A stretch of 64,000 bases of DNA from Bdellovibrionales bacterium (GTDB lineage: Bacteria > Bdellovibrionota > Bdellovibrionia > Bdellovibrionales > UBA1609). The position numbers and the translations under genes are program-made. The notes beneath the pieces are model-generated. The model ran no database searches and was not told the origin of the DNA. It was given only the letters and a program-made list of their open reading frames with translations. The DNA is taken from positions 27,594-91,593 of the forward strand of contig JBGSLV010000043.1 of NCBI GenBank assembly GCA_041740515.1, read 5' to 3'. Below are positions 27,100 to 37,353 of the stretch, in pieces; the first letter of the stretch is position 1, and each line of letters begins with the position of its first letter.

Positions 27100-27124
27100 T
27101 TTAAATTTATTTTAAATTATACAA

Positions 27125-27152
27125 AAACTCACTATCATTAGTGGGTTTTCAT
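27125..27152 (+). terminator. Putative intrinsic terminator after the vWA-like gene
   Basis: AAACTCAC-N8-GTGGGTTT stem (one G-U pair) followed by TTC ATT. The T-tract is weak. Confidence 0.35.
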
Positions 27153-27253
27153 TAATCTGCTTTCCGCTAAAATACTTAACTGTTATAACTTTTGCGGCTG
27201 CGTCTGAACATTTGGAAGAAGATATTTTGTCCACATATGTTCATTGGAACCGG

Positions 27254-27904
27254 TTATGACAGTTGCGCTTCAAGTTCTGCCTTAAGGTTATCCTTTAATC
27301 TATCTATATTAAAATTATTTATATCTTCTAAACATCCCACATCACTAGGCTTATAACCGCAGGGTTGAATGCCTTGAAAAGCATTTGCGTCTTTATATAA
27401 ATTGATGGCACATCCATGGTAAGTTACCCACCTTCTAACAGCAATTCCAAATGCTGCTATCTTTTTGGAGTCCCACCATAGGCCTCGATTAAGTAATTTC
27501 CGACCCTCGTCATCAATGTCCATATCTTCTTTCAAATATATATCTAAAAAGCCAGTTCGTTTTAACCCATTCAAAACAGCCTGTTCGAAGGAAGCTAAAT
27601 AGATCATAACATCTTTAGATTTTAAATTTTTAAAGTTTTTTTGATCTAGGGAAATTATAGGATAAATTATTAGTTGATTTGGACCATGATAAGTGGCACG
27701 ACCACCTCGTCGTACTTCAAAGACATCTCCCGTCCAGCCAGAAAGGTCTGATGGTTTGGTCGATCGCCCTAAGGTAACCACCGGTGGGTGGGAGCAGAAT
27801 AAGATCTGATCATTGATTTGATCTTTGGCTCGTTGCTGAACTAACGACTCTTGCAACTCAAGGGCTTCTTTGTAATTAATGAGTCCTAAGTCCACAAATT
27901 CCAA
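27254..27904 (-). CDS. lipB: Lipoyl(octanoyl) transferase
   Basis: RRGGRATYHGPNQLIIYPI and AAFGIAVRRWVTYHGCAINL motifs. Confidence 0.85.
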   Translation of the reverse strand: MEFVDLGLINYKEALELQESLVQQRAKDQINDQILFCSHPPVVTLGRSTKPSDLSGWTGDVFEVRRGGRATYHGPNQLIIYPIISLDQKNFKNLKSKDVMIYLASFEQAVLNGLKRTGFLDIYLKEDMDIDDEGRKLLNRGLWWDSKKIAAFGIAVRRWVTYHGCAINLYKDANAFQGIQPCGYKPSDVGCLEDINNFNIDRLKDNLKAELEAQLS

Positions 27905-27981
27905 ATTAAAATCCTTTAATTTAAGTACAATCTTCGTAATCGCAATTTACGGCATCAGCCCGCATCTTGGTAACACCAATT

Positions 27982-29457
27982 TTAATGTCGGGTTGTATTT
28001 TCGGGCTGTACAGTAGGAGTGGCTTTGGTAAGCGGTTTCTGTATGATATGAATCGCGTGGCCTAATGTAGCTTCTGCGGCTTCCATCATGGTTTCACCAA
28101 GCGTTGGATGAGGGTGAATGGTCAGCGCAATATCTTCCAGAGTAGCTCCCATTTCTATAGCTAAAGCGGCTTCAGATATTAAGTTGGAAGCTTCTGGACC
28201 TACAATATGAACACCTAGAACTAAATTTGTGGTTTCATCGGCTATGATTTTTACAAACCCATCAGTGGATTGTAAGGAAACCGCTTTACCGTTAGCTGCA
28301 AAAGGAAATTTACCTATTTTTAAATTCGTGTAACCGGCCTCACGGCATTCTTTTTCAGTCATACCTGCAGAGGCAATTTCGGGATCAGTAAAGATCACCG
28401 CTGGCACCGTTTTTACATCGTACGCTCGGTTATGACCTGCAATATTTTCGGCTACTAAAACACCTTCATGACTGGCTTTGTGGGCCAGCATAGGTTGGCA
28501 AGCAATATCACCGATGGCATAAATTCCTGGAATATTAGTGCGGCGTTTAGCGTCCACCATAACAAAACCTTTTTCATCGATAGCCATACCTAAGTTTTTT
28601 AAACCCATTTCATCGGAATTAGGTTTTCGACCTACAGTCACAATAATTTTATCACATTCAAACGATTCTAATTTACCTTCCACTTCAGCTTTAACAAAGG
28701 TCTTGCCAGCTTTGGTTTCATAAGATTTTGCAAAGGCTTTAAATTTAATAGTCACACCTTCTTTTTTTAATTTCTTTTCGACAACTGCCACCAGATCTGA
28801 TTCAACAACACCTGCCAAAAGATGATCATTGGCTTCAAGCACTGTAACTTCAGAACCAAGTTTATTTAGATAGCCACCAATTTCCAGACCAATGTAGCCA
28901 CCACCAATAACAACTAATTTTTTTGGGACTTCTTCTAAGTCTAGCGCACCCGTTGAGCTTAATACGGTCTTTTCATCAAATTTAAATCCAGGTATTTCAA
29001 TAGGACGAGAACCCGTCGCAACAACAAAATTTTTGGCATTGATTTCAAGCGCTTCGCCATCATCAATATTAACGATTAAAGTTGCAGGACTTTTGAAAGT
29101 GGCTTTGCCTCTGATAATTTCAACTTTATTGCCTTTTAATAGTTGTGAAACTCCTCCAGACATTTTTTGCGACACGGACTCTTTCCAACCTTTTAATTTT
29201 TTCATATCAAGACGAACATTACCAATCATGATACCCATCACACTACTTTCATGCTGAGCTTGATGTAAAAATTCAGCGGCAGAAATCATAGCTTTAGAAG
29301 GAATACAACCCACGTTCAAACATACACCACCTAAAAACTCGCGCTCAATAATACACGTTTTTAAACCTAGTTGCGCACTTCGAATTGCGGCAACGTAACC
29401 GCCAGGTCCAGCGCCAATAATACACACATCATAACCGTCTTTTACTTGTACAGACAT
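27982..29457 (-). CDS. lpdA: Dihydrolipoyl dehydrogenase (E3)
   Basis: GAGPGGYVAA FAD motif, the redox disulfide GGVCLNVGCIPSK, and the C-terminal HPHPTLGE. Start at ATG 29457, with AGGAG 5 nt upstream. Confidence 0.9.
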   Translation of the reverse strand: MSVQVKDGYDVCIIGAGPGGYVAAIRSAQLGLKTCIIEREFLGGVCLNVGCIPSKAMISAAEFLHQAQHESSVMGIMIGNVRLDMKKLKGWKESVSQKMSGGVSQLLKGNKVEIIRGKATFKSPATLIVNIDDGEALEINAKNFVVATGSRPIEIPGFKFDEKTVLSSTGALDLEEVPKKLVVIGGGYIGLEIGGYLNKLGSEVTVLEANDHLLAGVVESDLVAVVEKKLKKEGVTIKFKAFAKSYETKAGKTFVKAEVEGKLESFECDKIIVTVGRKPNSDEMGLKNLGMAIDEKGFVMVDAKRRTNIPGIYAIGDIACQPMLAHKASHEGVLVAENIAGHNRAYDVKTVPAVIFTDPEIASAGMTEKECREAGYTNLKIGKFPFAANGKAVSLQSTDGFVKIIADETTNLVLGVHIVGPEASNLISEAALAIEMGATLEDIALTIHPHPTLGETMMEAAEATLGHAIHIIQKPLTKATPTVQPENTTRH

Positions 29458-29487
29458 TTTGTCTCCTAAATTTTGCAAAAAAACTTC

Positions 29488-30879
29488 TTAGACCATATTA
29501 AGCATAAGTTCGCTGGGATTTTCTAACTTCTTGATAAATGAAGCTAGAAAATTTGCAGCTACAGCACCGTCGATAAGTCTATGATCCGCTGTGATCGTTA
29601 AGTTCATCATTTTTTGGGCTTTAAACTTACCATTCATCATCACTGGTTTATCGGTAATTTTATACATACCTAAGATTGCAACTTCAGGATGATTGATTAT
29701 TGGAGTAGCGTAACTACCGCCAACACTTCCAATATTGGTTATTGTGATTGTTGCTCCTTTCATCTCTTCTAGTTTCAGTTTGCCATCACGAGCTCTAGTG
29801 GCAAGATCCGTTATTTCTGAACTAAGTTGTAAGATCGTTTTATGGTCAGCATCGTGAATAACTGGAACCATCAATCCATTTGGGGTATCTGCTGCAAATC
29901 CTAAATTGAAATATTTTTTATAAACAATCTCTTCCGCCTGATCATCAATGCTGGCATTGAACATCGGAAATTCTTTTGAAGTTGCAATTAAGGCTTTCAT
30001 TACAAATGGCAGATAGGTAATTTTAACACCATATTTTTCGCCAACAGCTTTAGCGTTTTCTCTGAATTTAACCAGCTCAGTGACATTTGCTTCATCCATT
30101 AACGTGAAATGTGGGATCACATGTTTAGCCATTTGCATGTTGGCCGCAATCTTTTTCCTAACACCGCGCAAAGCCACCCGCTCTTCTTGTCCTGCGGAAA
30201 AGGTTTGAAAAGCTGGTTTCGGGATTGCAAGAGCCTGTTTGGTTTTTCCAGGCATCGAAGTTGGTACTGGCGAAGAATAAGTGGCTTGAGCCAGATTTTC
30301 GGTTCCGCCACTGCTAATTGATAGTAAGTCCTCTCTTGTGACTCGACCAGCAAGACCTGAACCCTGCACTTGATTGATATCAACGGCCATTTCACGAGCT
30401 AATCTTCGAGTTGACGGAGTAGCTAAAACTTTGGATTCAGCCGCTGGAGGTAAGACATCTAAAGGTTTAACCGTCATATTGTCAGGTCTAACAATTGCTG
30501 ATTTTACTGCTGAATTAGCCGCAGTCATTGAAGCTGAAGTGGCCGCTAATTTGCCATCTGCCACAGAGTTATTTGGTTTATTGGAAATTTGTGGAGCGTC
30601 TTTGGCTTCCGACACTTTTGAATTTTTAACAGCTCCACCGGAAGAATCTAAAATCAGCATAACTTTGCCGATAGGAACAAGATCACCTTCGCTAACTTTT
30701 AACTCTTTCACAACTCCAGCTTGCGATGTAGGAACCTCAACCGTTGCTTTGTCTGTCATCACTTCAGCCACTGGTTGATCGGCTTCCACAGTATCACCAA
30801 CTTTTACAAGCCACTTTACCATTTCACCTTCAGTAACTCCTTCACCAACATCTGGAAGTGTAACTTCGATTTGAGACAT
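29488..30879 (-). CDS. 2-oxoacid dehydrogenase E2 dihydrolipoamide acyltransferase (lipoyl domain, E3-binding domain, catalytic domain)
   Basis: Lipoyl-lysine context EVMTDKATVEV, PSBD ATPSTRRLAREMAVDI, and the catalytic DHRLIDGA. Confidence 0.85.
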   Translation of the reverse strand: MSQIEVTLPDVGEGVTEGEMVKWLVKVGDTVEADQPVAEVMTDKATVEVPTSQAGVVKELKVSEGDLVPIGKVMLILDSSGGAVKNSKVSEAKDAPQISNKPNNSVADGKLAATSASMTAANSAVKSAIVRPDNMTVKPLDVLPPAAESKVLATPSTRRLAREMAVDINQVQGSGLAGRVTREDLLSISSGGTENLAQATYSSPVPTSMPGKTKQALAIPKPAFQTFSAGQEERVALRGVRKKIAANMQMAKHVIPHFTLMDEANVTELVKFRENAKAVGEKYGVKITYLPFVMKALIATSKEFPMFNASIDDQAEEIVYKKYFNLGFAADTPNGLMVPVIHDADHKTILQLSSEITDLATRARDGKLKLEEMKGATITITNIGSVGGSYATPIINHPEVAILGMYKITDKPVMMNGKFKAQKMMNLTITADHRLIDGAVAANFLASFIKKLENPSELMLNMV

Positions 30880-30981
30880 ATTTTCCTCGCTTTCATTTCT
30901 TGCGTTAAAAAGTTAATTAGAATTTATAAAAGTAAAATATATTTAGATAAAAAAATAAAAATTTAGTTTATTAAACTTGAA

Positions 30982-31932
30982 CTATACTATGTTATTTAAA
31001 CTCTGTTCGCCAAGCGCTGCTCTTTGCTTTTCTACAATCCCTTTCATAAAAAATTCACCAGCACGATACGAACTTCGAACCAGTGGCCCACTGGCCACAT
31101 ACAAAAATCCCATATTCTCTGCCACGGACTGCCAATGCGCAAATTTTTCTGGAGTTAAATACTCTTGTACCATCAAATGACGTCGACGTGGCTGTAAGTA
31201 CTGTCCAAATGTCACCACATCACACCCCACAGCTCGTAAATCTTCAAGACACTGCTGGACTTCAGCATCGGTTTCACCCAATCCCAACATAATCGATGAT
31301 TTGGTGTAACGAGTTGAATCCATTTCTTTAACCATTTTTAATACATCTAAGCTTTGTTGATATGTCGCTCGAGGATCTCGTACTGCTGGGGTCAACCGTT
31401 TAACGGTCTCAACATTATGGGCAAAAACATCTGGTTTAGCATTCACGATTTTAGCTACAAACTCTCTGTTGCCTTTAAAGTCTGGAGTCAAAACTTCAAC
31501 GATAAGCTTCGGATCTAGCATTTTAATGAGTTCAATGGTTTCGGCAAAATGTCCCGAGCCTTCATCTGGAAGGTCATCTCGGTCCACACTCGTTAAGACA
31601 ACATATTCTAAACCCATTTTTGAAATCGCATAACTGACCTTTTGAGGCTCTTCGCTATCGATTACGCCTTTGGGGTTACCTGTCTTCACATCACAAAAAC
31701 GACATCCCCGGGTGCAAGTGTCACCCATTAGCATAATGGTGGCCGTGCCCCCCGACCAACACTCTGAAACGTTGGGACATTGGGCCTCTTGACAGACAGT
31801 TGCAAGATTCAATTCTTTAAACATTCGTTTAAGTTCAAGATACTTTTCGCCGGCCGGTGGACGCATCTTAATCCAAGAGGGCTTAGGCATGGCATTTCGA
31901 CCGGATGGAATTTTTTCTATTTTTGGTTTCAT
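30982..31932 (-). CDS. lipA: Lipoyl synthase
   Basis: CQEAQCPNVSECW and CTRGCRFC cluster motifs. Confidence 0.9.
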   Translation of the reverse strand: MKPKIEKIPSGRNAMPKPSWIKMRPPAGEKYLELKRMFKELNLATVCQEAQCPNVSECWSGGTATIMLMGDTCTRGCRFCDVKTGNPKGVIDSEEPQKVSYAISKMGLEYVVLTSVDRDDLPDEGSGHFAETIELIKMLDPKLIVEVLTPDFKGNREFVAKIVNAKPDVFAHNVETVKRLTPAVRDPRATYQQSLDVLKMVKEMDSTRYTKSSIMLGLGETDAEVQQCLEDLRAVGCDVVTFGQYLQPRRRHLMVQEYLTPEKFAHWQSVAENMGFLYVASGPLVRSSYRAGEFFMKGIVEKQRAALGEQSLNNIV

Positions 31933-32037
31933 AGCTGAAAGTTTTAGCTAAAAAACTCCTTAAAGTCAGCACTATTCCCGTCATGTTTGACAAATTGCCT
32001 TTGGCATTTGATGCTTGGTCGCAAAATATGGAGATTT

Positions 32038-32772
32038 ATGCTTCACAAAAGTCCTTTACTTAAAGGTCAGTTTTTAAAACGCTACAAACGTTTTTTTGCG
32101 GATGTACAAGTGGGTCATGAAATCGTTGTCGCTCACGTTCCTAATACTGGTAGTATGAAGACTTGCTTGGCCGAAAATGCCCAATGTTATTTAACTTATA
32201 ATCCCGATCCCAAACGAAAACTTAAATATACTCTGGAAAGAATGGTCATTGATAACTCTCATGTGGGAGTCAATACGGGCATTCCCAATACTTTGGTTTT
32301 TGAAGCATGGCAGAATAATTTAATTCCGCATTGGAAAATTTTTGATTGTGCACAAAAAGAGGTCAAGATCAATTCTGAATCAAGACTGGACATGGTTCTG
32401 TGGCAGTCTAAAGTTCAACCTGATTTAAAAAAAATAACAGCGGATAGCTTACATAATGAAAAGTTGAAGCTTCATTTTGTGGAAATAAAAAACGTAACAA
32501 TGGCCGAAAAAAATGTGGCCATGTTTCCAGATGCTGTGACTTCAAGAGGTGCCAAGCATATTGAAGAGCTTATGCAACTGCTACAAAGGGGTCACACTTG
32601 CGAGATGATTTTTGTTATTCAGCGAGAGAACGTCAACGCTTTTCAGATCGCAAAAACCATTGATCCCGAATACGATAAAGCATTGAATGAAGGCTTAAAA
32701 ATGGGTCTTAAAGTTACTGCTTTAAAAGTAGCATTTACGTCCGATGAAACCAAAGTTACTGGTATTTTATGA
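32038..32772 (+). CDS. sfsA: Sugar fermentation stimulation protein SfsA homologue
   Basis: KGQFLKRYKRFFADV N-terminus and FPDAVTSRGAKH motif. Start at ATG 32038, with GGAGA upstream. Confidence 0.8.
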   Translation: MLHKSPLLKGQFLKRYKRFFADVQVGHEIVVAHVPNTGSMKTCLAENAQCYLTYNPDPKRKLKYTLERMVIDNSHVGVNTGIPNTLVFEAWQNNLIPHWKIFDCAQKEVKINSESRLDMVLWQSKVQPDLKKITADSLHNEKLKLHFVEIKNVTMAEKNVAMFPDAVTSRGAKHIEELMQLLQRGHTCEMIFVIQRENVNAFQIAKTIDPEYDKALNEGLKMGLKVTALKVAFTSDETKVTGIL

Positions 32773-32792
32773 AACTTAGATGTCCATATATT

Positions 32793-33482
32793 TTATTTAA
32801 AAATCATTCCTAAGCCACCATAAGGTGCAACGAATTTACTATCGCCAGAGTCACCCCATGGGAAAATATAAGCTCCGCCAAGTGTTAAGGAAAACCCAAA
32901 GGTAGGTCGAAACCAAAAGGTGTTTGAGACGGTCAAAGAGGCGTAGTAGTAATCGCCGGTCTCAGTCAATTGTAACGAGTATAAATCTTCAAAGTCCTGA
33001 GCCACTTCGGCATCAATATCTCGACTGATGTTGGTGTAATTAAATCTTGGAACTAGCGCGAGTTCGTAAAACCCATATTTACGACCCCAAACCATACCGC
33101 CGTAGCCGTAAGCACCTTGAGTCGTTAATCCCCCCCCACCAAGAAGTGACCCACTCCATTGATCCTCAGAATACTCAGTCGCTTGAAGTAGGATTCGAGC
33201 TCCCATAGAAAAACCTTTGATCTGAGATTCCATCTGTAGACCTAAGTCAAATGTTTCGCCAACACCCATTGTATAAACATAACCTATGTAAGGGTACCCC
33301 GCCGTAGTACTATGCGACTGATTGCCTTTCCCAAGAGTTTGAGGGCTTACAGGATCACTAAGAGGTGCAAAAGAACAGTTTGTGAGAAAACCTAAACACA
33401 ATAACCAAATTAAATAACTAATAGGTTTCCAGCTAGCATGAGTCTGCAATTTTAAAGGCAAGCAATTAAACAATAATTTCAT
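32793..33482 (-). CDS. Gly/Tyr-rich putative outer-membrane lipoprotein (beta-barrel-like)
   Basis: LGFLTNC lipobox-like signal. Alternating aromatic/Gly composition. Confidence 0.4.
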   Translation of the reverse strand: MKLLFNCLPLKLQTHASWKPISYLIWLLCLGFLTNCSFAPLSDPVSPQTLGKGNQSHSTTAGYPYIGYVYTMGVGETFDLGLQMESQIKGFSMGARILLQATEYSEDQWSGSLLGGGGLTTQGAYGYGGMVWGRKYGFYELALVPRFNYTNISRDIDAEVAQDFEDLYSLQLTETGDYYYASLTVSNTFWFRPTFGFSLTLGGAYIFPWGDSGDSKFVAPYGGLGMIFK

Positions 33483-33510
33483 AAATCTCCACTTCGACTA
33501 TTAAAACTAT

Positions 33511-33548
33511 AAAAAAAAGGGTAAGTCCATCGACATACCCTTTTTTTA
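33511..33548 (-). terminator. Intrinsic terminator (bidirectional type) after the dsbA-like gene
   Basis: A8-GGGTA-N12-TACCC-T8. On the minus strand the hairpin is followed by a T8 run. Confidence 0.6.
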
Positions 33549-33636
33549 TATACTTTTTTTCCAGTATGAGCCCAAACTCGAATTAAAATAAGTTTGAAGC
33601 AGAGTTATGGGTGAAAAAGGTTAAACTGTTGCAGAA

Positions 33637-34416
33637 CTAGTTTTTAGCTTTTTCTAGATGTCTATCAATGACCTGTTTGAATTTATCAAACTCTTCGGCC
33701 CCACGCATTGTAACACCATTTACATTGTAGGCTGGAGTCCCACGTAATTGAAATTTTCCACCAGCTTCTTGTTTATCAGATTCAATGATCTGCTTAACAT
33801 CTTCAGAGTTTGCAAATTTTAAAACCTCAGGCATTTTTGCACCCATAAGTTTGCGAGCTTCGCCTTCAAGGAAAGTTTTTGCATTATTCTCTTTCAATTT
33901 ATTTTGATTTTCAAAAACGATTTCATGAAATTTATAGGCTTTTTCAACATCAAATTTACCAATACCTTCCATCAATTGCGACGCATAGACTGAGTTCGGA
34001 TTTCCTAAAACATGGAAATGTTTAAAAAGTACTCGAACTTTATCGCCATATGCTTCTTTAACCTGGGCAATGGTTTTTGAACCTAGAGCACAATAGTAAC
34101 AAGAAAAATCAGCGTACTCTACAATTGTAATGGGTGCGTCTTTTTTGCCCCAAATCGCACGGTTATCAGCAATCTCAGGATTCACTGGATTTGAAAAAGC
34201 AGACTCCATCTCTTCGGTTTGTTTTGCAGCCGCTTTTTTTTGCGCGATTTCTTTCATTTGCTCTTGAGTGGATTCGATCGTGTTAAAAAAACCTTCTGGA
34301 TCTTTTTTGATCGCGCTAAAAACGATATCTGGATTATTTTCAATTGTTTTTTTAATTATTTTTCCACAACCAGGTAGCATACTTAGAGCAACAAGGGTTA
34401 ACATTAATTTTTTCAT
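33637..34416 (-). CDS. DsbA-family thiol:disulfide oxidoreductase lipoprotein
   Basis: LPGC lipobox, the thioredoxin-fold active site FSCYYCA, and RGTPAYNVNG. Confidence 0.75.
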   Translation of the reverse strand: MKKLMLTLVALSMLPGCGKIIKKTIENNPDIVFSAIKKDPEGFFNTIESTQEQMKEIAQKKAAAKQTEEMESAFSNPVNPEIADNRAIWGKKDAPITIVEYADFSCYYCALGSKTIAQVKEAYGDKVRVLFKHFHVLGNPNSVYASQLMEGIGKFDVEKAYKFHEIVFENQNKLKENNAKTFLEGEARKLMGAKMPEVLKFANSEDVKQIIESDKQEAGGKFQLRGTPAYNVNGVTMRGAEEFDKFKQVIDRHLEKAKN

Positions 34417-34650
34417 TTAATAAATCTCCTTATGATTTGAATTTCTTGGTAAGTTTAAATTTCAGAAATTAGTTTATATACAGTCCATTGGAAGAACAAG
34501 GCTATAGATAAAAATAAACCAGACAGCGTTTGAATCCGACTAAGGTCAAGTTGAATTCAAACACTTAGATTGCATCAACAGAAGTATAATTTAAAATAAT
34601 AGTGTTAGCTAATTTTAAAGGTCCATTTTGGAACCACGAGGCCCATTGCA

Positions 34651-35283
34651 ATGATAAAAATTATTCTCTTCCTTTTATTAAATTTGACGCAAATCGCACT
34701 AGCCTCTAACTACGATTATAACAAACTTCGTTTTATGGAATATAACGAACTTCGCCAGATAAAGAATTCCGCTGTCAATGCTTCTAGACGCTTCCAATAT
34801 CCTAGGCAAGCTGAACAAACTTTAAAGCCCCTTCGAGAAACTTTAACCATGTTGTTATCAAGGCCTAATGATGACAATTTAGTTACTGATTTAATGACTG
34901 ATATTGAATCCGAGCTTGAAACTCTTGGGGCTTATGAATTAACACTGCAAACCATTATCGATGAAAGGATAGCCGTCATAAACAACAGGTCCTTAAAACC
35001 CGACGTTCGAACGACAGCTGCCGTTTGTATTAATAATTTACTATTAGAGATAAAACCAAAGTCAGTTAAAAATCCAAATATTGCTAAAGTCATTTGCAAG
35101 CTTGCTGATAAAAAATTAATTTTACCTAAAGATGTTCAAGCTAGTTCCATGTTTAAAAGTTTATATTTAGAAAAATCACCTTCAAAAGTGGCCCAGAAAA
35201 TCATGCTTTGGTATGCTCAGCAAAAAAATATAAAAGTCAGTTCTCAGACTAAAAGCTGTCCTTTTTCAAAACGAGCCATCTGA
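34651..35283 (+). CDS. Secreted hypothetical protein
   Basis: Signal peptide MIKIILFLLLNLTQIALA. No recognisable domain. The 3' end overlaps the convergent ABC ATPase gene by 40 nt. Confidence 0.4.
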   Translation: MIKIILFLLLNLTQIALASNYDYNKLRFMEYNELRQIKNSAVNASRRFQYPRQAEQTLKPLRETLTMLLSRPNDDNLVTDLMTDIESELETLGAYELTLQTIIDERIAVINNRSLKPDVRTTAAVCINNLLLEIKPKSVKNPNIAKVICKLADKKLILPKDVQASSMFKSLYLEKSPSKVAQKIMLWYAQQKNIKVSSQTKSCPFSKRAI

Positions 35284-35888
35284 GTAAAATCATAAATATA
35301 CTGAGGATTTAAAAAAGAAATCTCTTCGTCTTTGTCATGACTGATAAGGATACACGGAATATTCTCAGCTTTTAAAAAGTTCATCAAATGCAGCCTGTAA
35401 TCACTTTTGTTTTCAAAATCCATGGAACTCCAAGGCTCATCTAATAATAAAATTCTTCGACCCTTGTGAATGAAAGCTCGCACGCACGAAACCATTTGCT
35501 TTTCACCACCAGATAAAATGTTAGCCTTTTTAAGTAACAGCTCATCAATATTATAATCTTGAATCCATGACAAAAACTGGTTTCTGTCCACATTATGGGG
35601 GCGAATCAATTCAAGGTTTTTTATAACTGAAAGATGATCAAAAAGATTATTTGCTTGGAAAACAACAGAGAAATTTCTTTCAAAAGGTTTAAGCGATGCA
35701 ATTTCTATTTCATCTATAACAAGATTATATTCGGCAATATTTAAGCCAATTAAACCTTGAATAAAACTTGTTTTACCACAGCCAGAGGGTCCATGAATTA
35801 AAGTAACTTGCCCAGGATCTAAACTGATATCTTCAATTGTTAAAACCCAGTCGCCGACGAAAGATTTAAAATTTTTTATTTTTATCAC
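35244..35888 (-). CDS. ABC transporter ATP-binding protein (ThiQ/FbpC-like size class)
   Basis: Walker A GPSGCGKTS, signature LSGGEKQ, Walker B ILLLDEP. Confidence 0.85.
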   Translation of the reverse strand: MIKIKNFKSFVGDWVLTIEDISLDPGQVTLIHGPSGCGKTSFIQGLIGLNIAEYNLVIDEIEIASLKPFERNFSVVFQANNLFDHLSVIKNLELIRPHNVDRNQFLSWIQDYNIDELLLKKANILSGGEKQMVSCVRAFIHKGRRILLLDEPWSSMDFENKSDYRLHLMNFLKAENIPCILISHDKDEEISFLNPQYIYDFTQMARFEKGQLLV

Positions 35889-37353
35889 CTAAGCCACCTC
35901 CAATAAAAAAGATCAAAATAAAAGCTAAAATTATTAAACAAATGGCAAGCAATTGAGCTTCAATCAATTGATAGGATTGTATGTAGGTTCTCATACTGAT
36001 ACCTATGGTCTTTAAGTCTGAAAGTAAAATACCACTAATTGTGAAATCCCCAATGGCAAACAATATGACGTAAGCTAATGATGTTTGAAAAGCTGAATAG
36101 AAATAGGGTCCTATCACTTGATCAAAAAATCTAGGGTATGAAACACTCAGAATTTGCGACTTTTTATGAAAATTAATTAGTGTTGAATACTCTGGCAAAA
36201 TCCAGAATTTAAAAACTATTGGAAAGACAAAACTAGCAATGGCCAAACCACTAAAAGCCACTTTGATAGCTACCGAATCTAAAAAATATAAAGAAATACT
36301 TAGAATGACAAACGATAGCAAAATAGGACTTAAGGGCCAAAAAAACTGATGAAACTTGCGCACGCTTTCGAATTTTAAAATATAAAGTTGCGACCAAAAA
36401 ATCAAAGTGTAGAAAAGAAAGGTCCAACTGGAAAGAAAAAAAGTATTGATAATTATTTCTCTGAAATCAAAACTAAGAGCTTTGAAGGCCTCTAAAGAAT
36501 TGCCTTCCCCAATGTGAAATAAACTTATTAAAATAAGCATCAGAGGTAAAAGATTAAATAAATAAAAAATTGATTTAGGGTCACGTAAAATAATAAAATT
36601 GGTATTTCTTGCTGAAGTCGATAATTTTTCAGTTCGTAAGAAAAAAAGGCAACCTAAAAAAACAAATTCTAAAATACCTATAAAAGCTGCCGAAGCCCAA
36701 TCTCCTTCAACATAGCCTTTTAAGTATATGAGGTAATCAAAACTGCTCGGGACACTACCTGATAGTAAAAGCGGCACTGAAAAGCTAGTTAGACTAAACG
36801 AGAAAATCAAAATCCAAATATAAAAAACTGTTGGTGCTAATTCACCCAAAACTATAAGTTGAAAAAATTTGTTGATAGAAATTTTTAAACTTATCATTAG
36901 ATGTAATTTTTTTTCAATCTCGTCTTGGACGTGAGGAAATATAAGAAAAGAGACTAGTCCCATGTTGATCAATACATGAACAACAATCACATGAAAATAT
37001 GACTGTGGATAAATACCAAAAAACGAAAATATTTTAAAATACGCATATACAATTAATACTGTGGGCAGAGCCTGAGGCAATAGCCCCCAGTACAAAGTTT
37101 TTTTTACATGGGCCGCTTTTTTAACATAAGACAGAGCCATCAGAAGGCCAATAAAAACCGAAAAGCTTGCACTTAAAAACGATTGCCCAATAACATAAAA
37201 AATATTTTTATAAAAAAATTGAAAATCAATAGACTCGATATGAATTATTTGAACTAAAGAAAATAGAATGGGCCACAAAAATATAGACAGAAGCATAAAG
37301 CCAAATCCTGTGCAAAGTTTATCAAACGATTTCATTAAATTTTTCCGTGGCAT
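35866..37353 (-). CDS. ABC transporter permease, duplicated-domain type (ThiP/FbpB-like)
   Basis: About 12 hydrophobic spans. Overlaps the ATPase gene and abuts the binding-protein gene. Confidence 0.7.
   Translation of the reverse strand: MPRKNLMKSFDKLCTGFGFMLLSIFLWPILFSLVQIIHIESIDFQFFYKNIFYVIGQSFLSASFSVFIGLLMALSYVKKAAHVKKTLYWGLLPQALPTVLIVYAYFKIFSFFGIYPQSYFHVIVVHVLINMGLVSFLIFPHVQDEIEKKLHLMISLKISINKFFQLIVLGELAPTVFYIWILIFSFSLTSFSVPLLLSGSVPSSFDYLIYLKGYVEGDWASAAFIGILEFVFLGCLFFLRTEKLSTSARNTNFIILRDPKSIFYLFNLLPLMLILISLFHIGEGNSLEAFKALSFDFREIIINTFFLSSWTFLFYTLIFWSQLYILKFESVRKFHQFFWPLSPILLSFVILSISLYFLDSVAIKVAFSGLAIASFVFPIVFKFWILPEYSTLINFHKKSQILSVSYPRFFDQVIGPYFYSAFQTSLAYVILFAIGDFTISGILLSDLKTIGISMRTYIQSYQLIEAQLLAICLIILAFILIFFIGGGLGDKNKKF

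Noticed and set aside
30109-30778. ORFs of 70-134 aa on the plus strand (30109-30321, 30374-30778, 30721-30966) and a 92-aa minus-strand ORF inside the E2 gene
   Set aside because: They lie entirely within or antisense to a strongly supported E2 acyltransferase CDS and have no motifs. These are typical shadow ORFs.
34529-34563. Inverted repeat GTTTGAAT-N19-ATTCAAAC upstream of the 34651 gene, considered as an operator
   Set aside because: It is a single short AT-rich occurrence with no partner regulator nearby. It cannot be separated from chance.
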